From: Lingula anatina
Lineage: Eukaryota; Animalia; Brachiopoda
Direction of reading: 5' to 3'
NCBI GenBank assembly: GCA_051362555.1
Contig: CM120642.1
Coordinates: forward strand, 2,046,001-2,110,000
Length of the DNA: 64,000 bases
Shown piece by piece: positions 39,701 to 52,501 of this stretch (position 1 is its first letter; every line of letters begins with the position of its first letter). Made by a program: the position numbers and the translations under genes. The notes beneath the pieces were generated by a model. The model saw only the letters and a list, made by a program, of their open reading frames with translations, was not told where the DNA came from and made no database searches.

Positions 39701-42700
39701 CGGTGACTTTGGCAAAGTGTGTATGTTTTCTCCATTGGTTGAAGATGCTGTTTAAAAGTCTATTCAAATTTTCAAAGAAAAGGTTAGAATCTTGAAATGT
39801 TTCAATTTTGATTATTGTTAGAGATCATTGTGAAGCTGCTTCTAAAAACTAAGAACTTTTATTTTGCAAAGAGCTCAGAAAAATTGAATGGCAGAAAATT
39901 GTTAAACAGCACAATTGTCAACCCTCTCCTGTGTCACCCAGCAAGCCCCCAGTACTAATATTGATAATTGACTTTTCAGAGTTTTTTTATTGAAACATAA
40001 TCTCTGAGTCAGTAGCTCTGTAGACTTGTCTAATGGACTTGACTTGTCTACTGAAAATATTCACTGTTGATGTGTCTGTTTTCTTTTGGTAATGAACAAT
40101 TTCTTATCAACTGAAATACATATGTATAACCAATTTGAAATGACCTTTTATCTGTTAGTAATCTTCTGTTCTGTTATGATTACAGATCTGTTCTCTCCTG
40201 ATTATTTTGTAATACCCGTATTTAGATGATTTATTTAGAATGACATTAGAAATAGGAATTTACTTTGACCATTAAATTATCTTTGATTGTTTGCAAATGC
40301 AGTTGAGGATCACATCATAATTGAGAATTAAAGGAATATGATAAGTTTAGTTAGATATCTTTCTTGAAATAACTTCTCAGTAGATTATATTCCCAGCACA
40401 TAATAAGTCATTTGCACTCAAACTTCTTCAGATTCCACCACTTTCTGTCTCTTCAATATATATATTTTTTCTTTTTATTAATCATTATATTGTTTAGTGT
40501 GACTGTACACAACTAACAGAAACAAACTTCTCATTTCAGAATCAAAATATTATTCATATATTGAGGTCAAGGCTATGATCGCTTACTGCTTAATTGCACT
40601 ATGGTGAACAGCACTGCAATCCACTTTATTCATAATTGGTCAGCAATCCTAGTGAAATCATGAAAAACACCTAAAATTTATATAAAAAAAAAAAGAAAAA
40701 CATCATTGAAACATTTATTATAATGGAAACAGTGATTGAACATGATAATGTGATAAATAGACTATGGTGTGGCATAAGAAAATATTATAACTATAATGTG
40801 TGGAAATTAACATGATTATTTGCAAATGTGTTTATTTTGCACATTATTAATCTGGTTTTATGTTTTTATAAAATGCTTAATATATGTATTTTGTTTTGAC
40901 ACCCATCAAGATGTTCATGCAGTTTTGAAACTGACATTTGCACTGTTATTTCAGACCAGAAAGTGTTTTATAATGATAGATTATTGTAAAGTTGGCATAT
41001 AATATATACTTGTACTTGTGACAGCCATTTCTGCAAATAACTTTTAATGAGTGTTGAGAATTTTATTTGTCAAGAAGCATGCTGTGGACATTTTTTTTTC
41101 TAATCCTCACACGTTCAAACTTCTATGTGGTCTTGGAAAAATTAGATTAAAACTCGATCATTCTGTGTTTGCTTTACACATTAAGCCATCAAAATAAATT
41201 GACCTTTAATTTAATTCATTTCAGTGGACATCCCACGCCAGCATCACCAGAAGGGACAACCATTGGCAAGTCTTCACTCCAAAGTGCTGAGAAATTTGAA
41301 ACTTGTTACCAGGACTATCTTGATGAGGCCAGGCAGCAGCTCCATCTATGTGCAGAAGCTTGCCATTGCTGGTCATCGCTGTATGACAGTGAGGATTCCT
41401 CACTAGAGAATGCTGGGATGCTTCTGACAACACCTCGTAAATGTGCATCAGAGAGTGTTTTATATCCCACACCAACACCCACAGACTACAAAAATATTTT
41501 GTCTGATTTTAAATTAAGGACAGAGTCTGCACCAAACAGGCTTGACCCTACATTGCTGGGGTCAACCCCACTGAAAGGAGGCGATGTTCAGGGATCTTCA
41601 GGGTCGTTAGATTCTAGTCCAGGGACAGAAGGGTCGAATCAGAAGTGTCAAAGTTCTGAGAGTCGTAGTAATAGAGTTTCCAGTGCTTCTGATGTAGATA
41701 GTGCCTTATCTTCTTCGGCTAGCAACGTCACAGTGGAACTGAATGGGGGAGGGTCAGAGAGTGACGCTGCACTGTCAGACAGTTTTAGTTCTGATGATTT
41801 AGAGTCTTTTTTGACTTACTTGAAGAGAGTGAAATCTCCCATCGAAATCTGTGATAATTTAGAAGACAGTCTCCACGAAATTGATGACATGATTGAAAGT
41901 TTGAAAAATATGACCGGGAGAGACGTGACAGTGCAAAAAGGAAAGTCAGAAACAGATCTACTGATAGATAATAACAAAAAAAGAATTGAAAGTGAATCAC
42001 AAAGTACAACACAAAACAACTTATTACAAAAAGATGGCAACTCTTGTACAAAGGGCAACCTTGGCACAAGGTCAGCTGTAGTAACATGTGACCCAAAGGA
42101 GCTGCTGACAACCAATCACAATGCAAGGCCAAGGTCATTAACAAGCAGTGCTCCAGAGAGTAAATCTAGTCCAAATTTGTCTGAGGGGACTGTGGAAGAG
42201 AAACTTGCCTCTGACCTGAGTGCAATGCAGGCACTGAAGAGTGTCCAACAGGTGCTGAGTATCACAGAAGAGACGAGACAGGACAAAGTGGGCGGAGGGG
42301 AGGCTGCCAAGAAGAACAGGTTGTCTCTGGGAAAGTCTGGAATACCTACAAAGTATACCCCCAACCAGCCCACTGTAGGTGAGACTCAAATGTGACAAGA
42401 ACAATTAGGCATGTCATCTGGTCACGGTTCTAGGAAAATTTCTTCTTTAGTTGCCAATCTTTCATCAGTATGTGTTTTAACTCAATTTTATTTCATTTGA
42501 TTAAATTCCTTCCTTTCCTTAAAATATCAGTTCAAAGATGACAAAATAATGAAGAACAAAAAGTTATATAATTTTTTTTAATTGTGATGTAAAACATCGA
42601 CATGGTTTAGGGTAGTAATCAGTAACATCGCAATGTTTCCAGGGCCTTTCCTTAATGTTCTCCTGACCAAGCTGGAAGGGATGATCCAGAACTCATTGGA

Positions 42701-44329
42701 TGTGAACCTTCTCCTCACAGGTGTGATCACACGACTGGCCTGCTACCCTCAGCCACTCCTTAGGTCTTATCTTCTCAACCATAACTTGGTGTTTCAGCCC
42801 AGTGTGAAGTCCTTAGTGCAGGTAAATTACAGGCTGGACTCCATGTTTTCTTCACTTGTATTGATATATTTTTGGAAGGTTATATTGCTGAAGGTCTAGC
42901 CTGTGTTGAAGCACGTGGAAAATATTCTCATTGAAAAATGCATAGATTGTAAACTGGACATGGCAGCCTTAAATCAACTTTTTAAAGAATGACTTATGTC
43001 TGAGATCCTAGATTATAAATACAAAATAGTGTGACAAAACAAAAGCAGATAAATAAAAATAAATAAAAATAAATCATAAATAAAAATTAAAGTAAAAAAA
43101 TTCATTTGCACAATATGAGAAACAGTGTGGCTAGAGTGCTTTAAAATAGAGCAGCAGCCACTCTTTTCATTGTCCCTTTGGCCGTACCAGGGAAATTAAA
43201 TTAAACCTTCTCACAATGTCCAGGTCCTCCATTCTGTGAAGACTAAGGTGGAGACCTATGCCAAGAATGACCTGAGGTTCAGCCCCATGTTGGTCAAGTG
43301 CCACCAGTACATGGTGACCCAAGAGGGGGCATTCCTGGCTGAGGCAGAGGAGAGGAGATGTACCAGGACAGATAGTGTGATTACACAGAAGTCCAGCAGC
43401 ATCTTTTACCAGCAGCTACCACCTCATTCATTACCCACTGTCCATGAGGGCCATCAGAAAGGTAGGGGGAGCCACGTGTGTGGGCTTGTCTTGACATGAA
43501 GATACAAGAGTCATTTAAAAGTTGCCTTGTTAGTGTTAGAAAGGTTTTGAAAACTTATTTCATTTTCTTTTTGGTATGTGTATTAGGCCCAGAATATACT
43601 GTCATGCTGTATAGAGTATCATCATACTTGTGACGACATAGTGTTTGCCAGCAGCAGATTTGAAAATGATTCCATTTGATCCATTAATATTATTAAAGAA
43701 ATACAAGTCAGGAACTTTATAAACCACAGTGTTTTATGGATTCATTTGTTTATTTTATAGAGAAGAAGAGAGGGTTGGCAGACTTGTTCCGTAGGTCAGG
43801 TGCAGACAAGGGAAAGAGCAAACAACCTGGGAAGGATTCAAAGTTGGAGATCACTTCAGGAGGAGCAAGGTAATACCTGCTTAGTATGGAATGGGGATTT
43901 AAATGGGCAGTCTTATATGGGATGTCAAACTTTATAAAGACTTTCAATGCAAATAAACTTCTCCTTAATTTGGAGTGTTGAAGAACTGAGCCAATTTTGT
44001 AAAAAAAAAAATGAAGCTTTGTTTGATGCGAAGGTCAGATTTGCATTTCATCACGTTGTCATCACATTGTCTGCAAAAGGTTAAGATGTTTTTTTTTTTT
44101 TTCCTAAATTTAACCAGTCTTCCATTTTTTTTTACCATTCAGGTATATTAATAGAAAGAAAGAAGAGAAACCCGAGCCAGAAAAGAAACCAGTGGACCCA
44201 CCAGAGACCAAAAATGCTGCTTTCTGTGCCATAATTTTGGAAGAATTTTTGAAAGAACTGGCTGCTATATCACAAGAACAAGCTGTGTTGATGGAGGATG
44301 AAGAATATACAACCATTGTCATCAGATGA
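24783..44329 (+). CDS. FHIP1: FHF complex subunit HOOK-interacting protein 1 (FHIP1/FAM160A family), 11 core coding exons, about 1104 aa
   Basis: Exons 24783-25529, 30208-30366, 34050-34136, 37497-37664, 37958-38037, 38421-38627, 41225-42378, 42643-42821, 43224-43461, 43761-43869, 44143-44329. All GT-AG and in phase (3315 nt). Family motifs: FLVFSLLIPYVHRE..GQQARDALLL, SDFCP|VLATGLSGLYSSLPRKL, FLNSLEFCNAV.Q|VAHP, GPFL..L..KLE.M..NSL.VNLLLTG...RLACYPQPLLRS.LL, NA.FCAIILEEFLKELAAISQE. Confidence 0.95.
27303..27556. mobile_element. Hairpin MITE subfamily B copy (FHIP1 intron)
   Basis: First 32 nt are identical to the copy at 15704, and the 3' end matches (gatcctgttagatcaatctaagcatgggaac). Confidence 0.8.
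27941..28192. mobile_element. Hairpin MITE subfamily B copy forming a nearly full-length stem-loop
   Basis: cccattcc...ctagcaggatcagtccatctctgaggggattct pairs with agaatcccctcagagatggaccgatcctgctag...ggaatggga. aagcacct.agatgtctggca pairs with tgccagacatcagaggtgctt. Confidence 0.85.
29885..30260. repeat. 105-bp tandem repeat (about 3.5 copies) made of FHIP1 intron end, acceptor and the first ~52 nt of the exon
   Basis: ctagccac.g.tttaagtgg.ct.t.ttcctc.ctgcccagaaa.ct.ga recurs at a 105-bp period, with exon-start equivalents at about 29894, 29998, 30103 and 30208. Only the last continues as the real exon. Confidence 0.95.
30963..31150. mobile_element. Hairpin MITE related to family A/B
   Basis: ttcccaatgaaactattgtactaggtagatc pairs with gatctacctagtgcaatagtttcattgggaa. 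It has the same ccattccca terminus and tagatcgatc core. Confidence 0.75.
31220..33908 (+). mobile_element. Non-autonomous Helentron-type element (HINE-like), about 2.7 kb, with internal tandem arrays
   Basis: 5' hairpin gtacagacaca-ga-tgtgtctgtac (31224-31247). Subterminal inverted repeat atgtacagaca (31222) / tgtctgtacat (33876-33886). 3' hairpin gacagc-ttt-gctgcc followed by ttgtt. A (GCCGTC)n-like microsatellite at about 31265-31300. ~160-bp core repeats (aaaacgcaggtcaagttcgaaaatc at about 31383, 31543, 31703), a ~405-bp tandem pair (about 31765-32575), and a second copy of the 5' module at about 32822-33240. Confidence 0.7.
34184..34281. repeat. (TG)n/G-rich compound microsatellite
   Basis: Direct reading. 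Confidence 0.9.
35769..35813 (+). CDS. Candidate 45-nt in-frame cassette exon of FHIP1 (DISGLPMSILEKLFV)
   Basis: Pyrimidine tract ttcttgttcttttaccacccaag precedes it and donor gtcagt follows. Phase 0-0 matches the flanking exons (..GPALHQ | NSMDEV..). No stop. TGCATG at 35842-35847. Confidence 0.55.
39507..39599 (+). CDS. Candidate 93-nt in-frame cassette exon of FHIP1 ((S)FPSKPKPKRSNFSFGRLFRRTKPARQFVPA(S))
   Basis: Acceptor gcctttcctttccag and donor AAG|gtaacc. Phase 2-2 matches the flanking exons. A second in-frame acceptor (acgcag, ending 39536) gives a 63-nt version. Locally CpG-rich against an AT-rich intron. Confidence 0.6.
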
Positions 44330-45283
44330 GAGCCTTTGATTAGGTTTAACTGGAGGAATTTATTGGTGCCATCATGGAGATTTATTTTGCCAGTGCTTAC
44401 AGTGATGCTTTACCTTAAAATAAAAAGAAAATATTGTGGCATAAGAAAATAGGCATTTAAAAGTTAAAAGGAGATGCTAAAAAGATGCTGCCTCTAAAAA
44501 GCAAAAATAATTGCAAAATAATTGGCTGTTTTGTACTTTCATTGAATTAATTTTCATGAATTCATTAACACAAGGTATGATGTTACAATGACACCAAGAA
44601 GGCTGCAAGGGCTCCCTGCTCAGCCTTGACTCCATATTGTACTGTGCATCTTGGTTCTATGCAAATATAACAGGACTACTGCTGGGTCATGTGTCACTGG
44701 TCAATTTCTGTCACTTTCATCATGTTTTGAGACAAATGTAAAGTTTTTAATTCCTCTCCAATGTAAATAGTTATCGGCTTCTGAAGGAAAAGTGAAAGAA
44801 TGACTGTATTTTGATATCCGAGAGTGAGGTTTAAAGGGGGGGGGGGGGGGGGGCAAAAAGTAAATAGGAAGTCATATTGGTTTATTAATATATAATTTGG
44901 GGTGGGGGGGGGGGCACGTTTTTAAAGGTATGAAATACTATTGGTATTGACATTTGTGTCTGTGACAGGTAGTATCATACATGGCACATTTTTTGTGTGT
45001 TGATCTGATGCTAAGTCTCTCTGTATCTGTGTGTGTATATATATACATAGAATTATAATCATATCTATCTTAGCAAGTGTCTGTGAGGGTGATATATTAC
45101 TGAGCTGCTAACATGCCAGTAGAGCTCAAAGTGCAATACATTAGAACAGCCTGGCAGATGCTGTTAGTTATTATTAATTATAGCAGTTGACTTATTAACG
45201 TTAATGTGATAAGGCTTAGGCAGGAATTCTTATCAGTGGTTCCTTGAGTGCGTTTAGCTCAGTGTTTAGCATGAGTAGCATTT

Positions 45284-45315
<32 letters not shown>

Positions 45316-47195
45316 CCTTAAGCAAAGACTTATTATTTACAAACTTATTTGGACTAAGGAGAAAAAAACAACTGTGAAGATGTGTTCAGAAAATTTCAGT
45401 ATAGTAGCCACATTATGGTATTTATTGGTCTTTTAAAAAGTTATTGATGACAGTAGTTGAGTACAAAACCCAATGCCTGCATTTTAAGAATATATTAAAA
45501 GCTGATTTATGTATTTGGTAGTGACAAGCAGTATTCGTTGTAGTGTAGGGCAGGTTTGGGTTACTTAAGCACATAGATGGTTCACTAGCTGCTACACTGG
45601 CTGTGCCAGCCGGTGAAGAAGTAAACGGAGTGATATTTTCCCACTGAATTGGTAAAAAATTAAGTGGGATGGAGATTTGAGTATATGTCACAAATGGGTA
45701 ACAAAAGTAACATATTAATGTAAGGTGAACATTGGATGTGTAATGGGATTGTGTGAAGTATTTATTTCATCTTTTTTTTTTGGGGGGGGGGGGGGGAGCA
45801 ACTTGATCAAACTGTTGTAAGGGTGTTATGATTTTTACCTACACAGGTAAAAAATGAAAAAGGTCCCAGTGTGTTCATTGATTTTTGGCTTTTTGGCTTT
45901 TATTGATTTTTAATCACCTATATTTGGTGCAAGATCTGCGCATTATTTTGATATGGAATGTTACTTGATACAAGAATCACAAGAATTTAATTGTGTCATT
46001 ACTATTGCATTTATTTATTATTTTTATTTTTTTAGAGAAGTTGATGGACAAATGATACATTTATATAGCACTTATTATTGTAATAACAAAAAAAGTTAAT
46101 GGAAGGAATTTTTCATCTGTGTTCATGAATTTTTCATCATATAAAATAACTAGTGGTATTATTTTTGACATAATCTTTGCCCCTCTGTGTCTTGTCATGT
46201 AACACCATTCAGGACAGCTGCTCCTTTAATCAATATATCTTATTCTTAAGCAATAACTAGCCTGGGTTGAAATGTTGGTCAGTTCTTTTTCCACACAATC
46301 CTTGTTTTACCATTTCCCAGGTAGTGAAAACGGGAAGATAAAGAATGCCAACTGGAAACAACAAGGGGTAGCAATAAAACTGTCTTCTGTTAGCATGTTT
46401 GTATAATTCTAGCAAGGTTGTCTGATGCTTCACAGAATAAGATAACTTTCCTTTTTAATAGCCATAGGTTTTTGACTGTAGTAGTTTCAAGGTACCAGAG
46501 GTTTCATTTTAAATTTTACACCAACAAGTTTCGATATCCACATTAACTGACATCTTAATTCACACTGTTTTTTTTTTTCAAGATTGTTACGGAATGTCCA
46601 ATTTCTATGACGTTGTGTACAAAGGAACTGTTACAGTGATTTCTGAATTTAACATGCAACATTTACATGCACGACATGTATATGATGTGACGATCTGAGC
46701 TGCAGGAAATAAAATCTATAAGGTTACAGCTATTTATCTTTGTATTTTCTATAGCAGGACAGCATATTGAGGAAGTTTAAAATAACCAGACCATCTTCCA
46801 CCAGAAATATTGTAATCGGAGTTAGCAGGTGATGCTAACTGGCCTTTTTCCGGTTAGTTTAGAACGCGGTTTGAAAGCGTCGGATGTTATCTTTCAAAAA
46901 GCAAAATTTCAAAATTTGAGGGAAATAAATACGCACCTCAAAACAGGAGTCCAATGTAAAATCTGAAGAAATTGTTTATTCACGTTCTCTTTTAATCAGT
47001 CGTATAATTTATTTAATCAGTCGTATAATGTGTTGATCAGTTCAAAAACCAGAACACTAAAGCCACGGTTCTTTATGTTCGCAGCACTCAATGCAAAGTA
47101 ATTCAACTGGGCTCAATATCAAATCTCATTTGACAGAGAAACAATTTAAATTTGGTTAGAGTCAACTGATGGAAGGTAATGATTAAAACTCTCTC

Positions 47196-50100
47196 TTACG
47201 GAGCAGCGACGGGCACGTTCTCACAGAGGAGACCGTTGTCTTTAAGAACCTTGCAGCCTTGCGGCAGGTACTTCAGATTCCAGACTTGGTTCGCGCACTG
47301 AAGACTCTTGCAGCACTCGCCGTCGACGGTCTCGTACTGACAGGTTGGCGGCATCTGAGCGAGGTTCCACTTGTAGCACCTGCAATGTATTAAATTTGCT
47401 TATCTGACAACATCATAGCCAGCAATTTCAAACGGGGTTCTTTTTCGGCAAAAGTGGACCTCTTTACTTAATTAGTTGGCCCAACTTGAAAGTGGCCCAG
47501 AATCTTGACTTTTTCCGACCGAGATGCATTTCTCTTCTTCTTCATTGTATTATACTAAGCGCATCTGCTATCAGAAAACCACCTAGTCGCCAGAGTTAAT
47601 CACAAGCAAGAGTATGAGCACCATTTTAAAGTAGACGCTTAAAAATCTGAATTAATTTATTTGAACTCCCATTGGCGTTTACTTCCAACATAATAGTCTG
47701 AAGCGCCTATTGACCACTCCATTACGTATTTGTAGGTCTCACAGCCTTACCTTCTCACCAAGAAAGTTTGCATTAAACAATATGGTATAAGTATACATTT
47801 TATTTTCTTCACTCTACAAGGTTACATTGCAAACAATACGTGTTTGACGCATCACAGGAAACGAAACTTAATGGGCTTTGGGAAACTGACCATTCATAAA
47901 GATTAGAGTAACACTTCCGTTCCCATACGCAATATCACGCCCAACCTTTCGTCCTCCAGCACATATTCGGTGGAACTTAGATAAAATATTGTGGAGGTGT
48001 AAGAAGCTACAGCTGTTCCATTCCGTTCAGCCTCAAGTTAGGGAGGCATACGTTGACGTCAAAGTCTGCTCATATAGGTAGGCAAGCAGGAACACGCGCA
48101 CACGCACACCCATATTTGACGTTAACATTTGATAAGAGTCTCCAAAACTGTACTGCCTTGACACGCCCACTAACGCACGCAGCAGAGTACATTTATCACA
48201 CAAACATTCCACAGGGATGGATAGTTATTAAAGGCAAACTATCCGTGTTTGAAACTCTCCCAAAGTAGTTTTCCACGTCTAAATATCCTGCAAAACTATC
48301 AAATAAACCCATCAAATGAAAAGGACCTGATGTCGGTTTTTTTAATGAACAGGAATACATGGCGGTCTAAAAGTTACGGAGAACATTAAGAACCAATTAA
48401 ATTCAGCAAAATGGTATAAATCACCGATTCCAAATACAGGGAGTGGCCGAGCAATGGTCCGTGAGCAGGAAAAATCACTTCTTTAAAATTCGATTTGGCA
48501 GGAAAATCTCGGATAGGATACCTTTAAATATCCTAGAAACACCGATGCTTTCACATATGCTTGTCAATTTTGAATTAACAGTGGATGCATGGTGTATCGG
48601 GAGAAGCTGCATATTTTATCTCATTAGAGGAGAAAAAATTCAGACAGCATCGGTCTGTTGGGAAGACAAGAGCAAATAAACCCAATCAGGTACAAGGACA
48701 GATAAGGACAGATAGCATGATGATAGTATTGTCCGAGGGGTACCTTTGCCCTCCTTAAATAAATTTGTATGTATAAATTTTGTTTGCAGTTGATACGAGC
48801 AAACCAGGGTATTTTTTGGACCCTTGTTTCTACCTACAAAAAAAAAGAAAAAAAAAAAAGAAATTGAACCCAATGGCGACACATATCCACTTGAATATTT
48901 TTCTATGAAGTATAAGAACTTATAAGATAAAAATCTTTTGTGTTGTTGTCAAACATTTCGGGTCAGTCAAGTTTAACAGCATGGGATTTAAGGTTATCAT
49001 TATTATTGATATGTACCTTGCTGAATCTTAATTGACTTAACTGTGCATGTGCGTGCGTGACTTACTGCCTGCCTACCTATATATGCAGACGTCAATGTAT
49101 ACCTCACTACCTTAACTGATTTAAGCATTTAGCCTGCGTCCTTCTGTTGACTACAATGAGAAGCACCGAGTTTGACTATGTTTTCAAGACTAGTCATTGC
49201 GTTACCGACCTCGGCTCTGGTAGTGGGAACAACCGTTACCGGTGACCCACTGAGAAGACCCCATGGGGTGGTTCGTGTCACTGACCCAATCTAAATGAAC
49301 CATAGATAGACTGCTTTATCAGCCTCACCTTTCTGTACACGAGTAGACATCCGGAGGCTCCACGCAGACGCAGATCTTGTCACAGCCATCACTGAACTGC
49401 TCGTTTTTGGCGTAGTACTGCCCTTTGAAGGCACACTTATCTGTAATGAAAAAATGGCGGAAGATGAAAGTCATACTTTGATCACTTGTGGCAGTGTTGT
49501 GCATTTGTCTGGGCCCAGTTTCATTAACACTGGATAGTGCTATCCTGAGGATAACACTATCCTTTGAATAAAATTGTTATACTCTAGACAGTTATCCTAC
49601 GGGTAGTAGCCTTTTTAACCACTGGAAAGTATATATCAGAGATAAGTATCTAGTGTTTAGTAAACATTAGTTTACCCACAGGATAATTGTCAGCCGTTGC
49701 TTAACCCTCTACAAAAAAAAAAAAAAAAAAAAAAATAGATTTGCCCTTCACCTCTCTTCAAATCCTGAATCCTTCACTGGTCTAGCTGTGTGTTTGATTT
49801 CTTCAACAAAAAGTACATGTGTAATAAATAAATGTTATCTTCAACTGAAAATTGCACAAACCGTCACTTACCGAGTGGGACGGTCGTAGTTGGTTCTGGT
49901 GTCGTAGTGGTAGTTGGCTCTGGTGTAGTCGTAGTTGGTTCTGGTGTAGTCGTAGTCGTAGTTGGTTCAGGTGTAGTCGTAGTGGTAGTTGGTTCTGGGG
50001 TTGTTGTGGGTTTTGGAGTTGTTGTGGGTTTTGCGGTTGTCGTAGTTGTAGTTGGTTCTGGTGTAGTCGTAGTCGTAGTTGTTTCTGGGGTTGTTGGGGG

Positions 50101-51269
50101 CTTTGGGGTTGTCTTACTAGTAGTACTTGGTTCTGGTGTGGTTTTGATGGTAGTGGATTTTATAGTCGGCACAGTGGGAGGTTTTGGAGTAGTGCTTTCT
50201 TTGGTCATGGATGTCGTGGAGGGTGTGGCTTTCTCCGTGAGTTTCATTGGGCTGAAACATGGGTTACTTGCCAACAATGCATAAGCGTGGTTGCATACAC
50301 CCACAGACGCGTCAAACACCGTCCCTGGGGCACATTCCCTCTTACGGGTCTTCTTAAAGACGCTAACACACTCGTAGTATGCATTGCATACGCCCGGCAC
50401 AGCAAATTTGTCGCCCTGATTCTTGTCTGCACACAGGTCTTTAGCAGGAGGCACGAACGTCGATTTAGGGGAGGGGGGAGTGGAGGGGGTGGTTTTTTCC
50501 TCGGTCTTCATCGGGCTGTAGCAGGGGTTATCCGCAGACAACGCATAAGCGTGATTGCAATACCCCAAAGAGGAGTCGAACACCTTTCCATCCTCACATG
50601 TTTTTTTCGTGGGCCTTTTCCATCGGCCGGTGCAATGGATGAAAGCATTACATTCACCTTTAACCGCGAACTTATCGCCCATTTTCTTTCCGGTACATTC
50701 GTTGTTTTCTAAAATGATCAATAAAGCAAATATATACATGTATGACTGTCAATAGAAATTATGCATCTAGCTGTTATGTCTGTTACCAGTCGTAGATGGA
50801 AATTGTTAGTGCCTTTCGTTGTTTGGTTAAGTTATTTATAACTGGTAAAATGAGACGAAATTGAGGTAGAATAAATTCATATATGATATTAAATCAATCA
50901 CATGTCGAAAAAAAAAAAAACATTTTAGAATAAAACGGTTTTGCAAAATCGGCGTTGATATCCATACGTACTGTATCTACTGCTATCCTTGCTGTCTTTG
51001 CTCATCTCCACGGCTGTAATCGCCTGCAATAAAAAACATCCTGTTCTACGGCCCCTGTCACAGACTATTTCGCAAAGCTATAAGAACTTTTGTTTACTGT
51101 AACTCGTGTGCTCTTGCAGTTCGTGTATAATATACACACAAGACTATATCCCAGCAAAATTATAAAAAATTGAAATAATAAATTAATTAAATGAATAAAT
51201 AAATGGATAATTAAGTTTAATAATCACCATGAGGAGGACAACCAACATCAGTCCGTAACGCAGTTCCAT
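47196..51269 (-). CDS. Secreted chitin-binding protein: signal peptide + 2 peritrophin-A (CBM14/ChtBD2) domains + Thr/Pro mucin linker + VWC-like Cys-rich domain, 5 exons, about 408 aa
   Basis: Exons 51228-51269 (MELRYGLMLVVLLM), 50972-51023, 49872-50708, 49329-49440, 47196-47379, all GT-AG and in phase (1227 nt). Two six-Cys domains (C..K..GDKFAV.G.CNA...C....C..G.VFD.S.G.CNHAYAL...NPC), PEPTTTTTT repeats, then CAFKGQYY...FSDGCDKICVC...C..RC......CQY...GECCKSLQC. Confidence 0.88.
49880..50145 (-). repeat. Coding tandem repeat (PEPTTTT(T)n / PKPTTT), mucin-like linker
   Basis: Repeated gtagttggttctggtgtagtc units. They explain the antisense VVVGSG ORF. Confidence 0.9.
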
Positions 51270-51426
51270 GGTAACGGTAGGAGTAGCACCGAGAGCAACG
51301 CTGCAGAACGCCGACTGGTTTGCAAAGACACTGGCGGTTCTAATCACGAGCTTTGGACCCCCAGTCTTTTATTTTCTCATGAGAAATCAGCCGGTGGAGA
51401 TAGGAGGACAGCGTATGTCAACATTA

Positions 51427-51516
51427 GGCCACACTTTTTTATTTTTATGGATGACATCCTCTGGGGACCCCAAAATCGGTGCGAGCGGGCGAAAAAAAAA
51501 AAAAAAAAAAACAGTC

Positions 51517-51551
<35 letters not shown>

Positions 51552-52501
51552 GCTTAAGAAAAGTTATGTTTTCAGTACACAGCTGGAAACACTGATTTAC
51601 CACAGAAACACGTATCAAACTAACAACATGTCTTTATCCATGCTCTCAAAATATTAAAGCATTGTGAGTAGGGCCTACTTCGTAGAAAGGTAAAAAGTCA
51701 TGAATATATATATGCTGCATATTACCAAATCTATTTAAGGTTATTTCATGCATTCTGTTGGTATAGCAATCAATAAAACAAATATCAAATAAACAGTCTT
51801 TATTTGTACTCTCAGAAAATTTAAGCATTGTGAACACTTCACAGAATTGTTAAAAAATGAAGCAAAGATAGGCCTATGCTTCCTACTACCAAATCTAAAA
51901 AAGGTAATTTCGGTCGATGCCATTTTTTCTACTTCGACTCACACGTAGCAGCCAACTATTGGGTGGCCTGTCCGACCTTCAGTCCACCAAATACCAAGAC
52001 GCTCTTGTCGACCCTTTTTTCGCTACAAAAAAAACCCTGGTAAGCCTATGTGCTGCTTTGGACAGAATGTCACTGAAATTTTCCGGGCGATGATCGCTGG
52101 CCGCGGCCAGCCTTTCGTATAATTGTAAAAAGGTGATATCTCCATGTTCAATATCAATGGCAAACCAATCCAAAACGACGGCCCCCGTTCTCTTTATGAC
52201 TTTAATTGTCGTGTATTTTGAAATTAATGCTAGAGATGAATTTGACGGCAAAGCGGCCATATTTCCACGTGGTGATAATACGCATGCGCAGAAAGCTCAT
52301 TTTCCGCACTCGGAACTGCTCGGATGTCTCCACAGTCGACAATGACAGCATGGAGCTTGCGGAATTAGCCGAGGATTGCCGATTGCATTTTCCGGCGGGG
52401 GGGGGGGGGGGATTTTTTTTTTTTTTTTTTTTTTTTTTGGAGAACGGACGAAAATCGGTGCGCGCGCAGGATGTCATCCATAAAATTAAAAAAGTGTGGC
52501 C
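51427..52501. mobile_element. Non-autonomous DNA transposon (PIF/Harbinger-like by its TTA TSD), about 1.07 kb
   Basis: 34-bp TIR ggccacacttttttatttttatggatgacatcct / aggatgtcatccataaaattaaaaaagtgtggcc, with 1 mismatch. TTA on both sides (51424-51426, 52502-52504). Subterminal aaaatcggtgcg motif at both ends. Confidence 0.85.

Noticed and set aside
49509-49665. Degenerate fold-back element (taacactggatag / tatctagtgttta)
   Set aside because: The inverted repeat is short and the outer terminus is missing, so it is too weak to call.
49832-50712. Plus-strand Val/Gly-rich and Trp/Cys/Ser-rich ORFs (150 and 286 aa)
   Set aside because: Antisense shadows of the Thr/Pro mucin exon on the minus strand.
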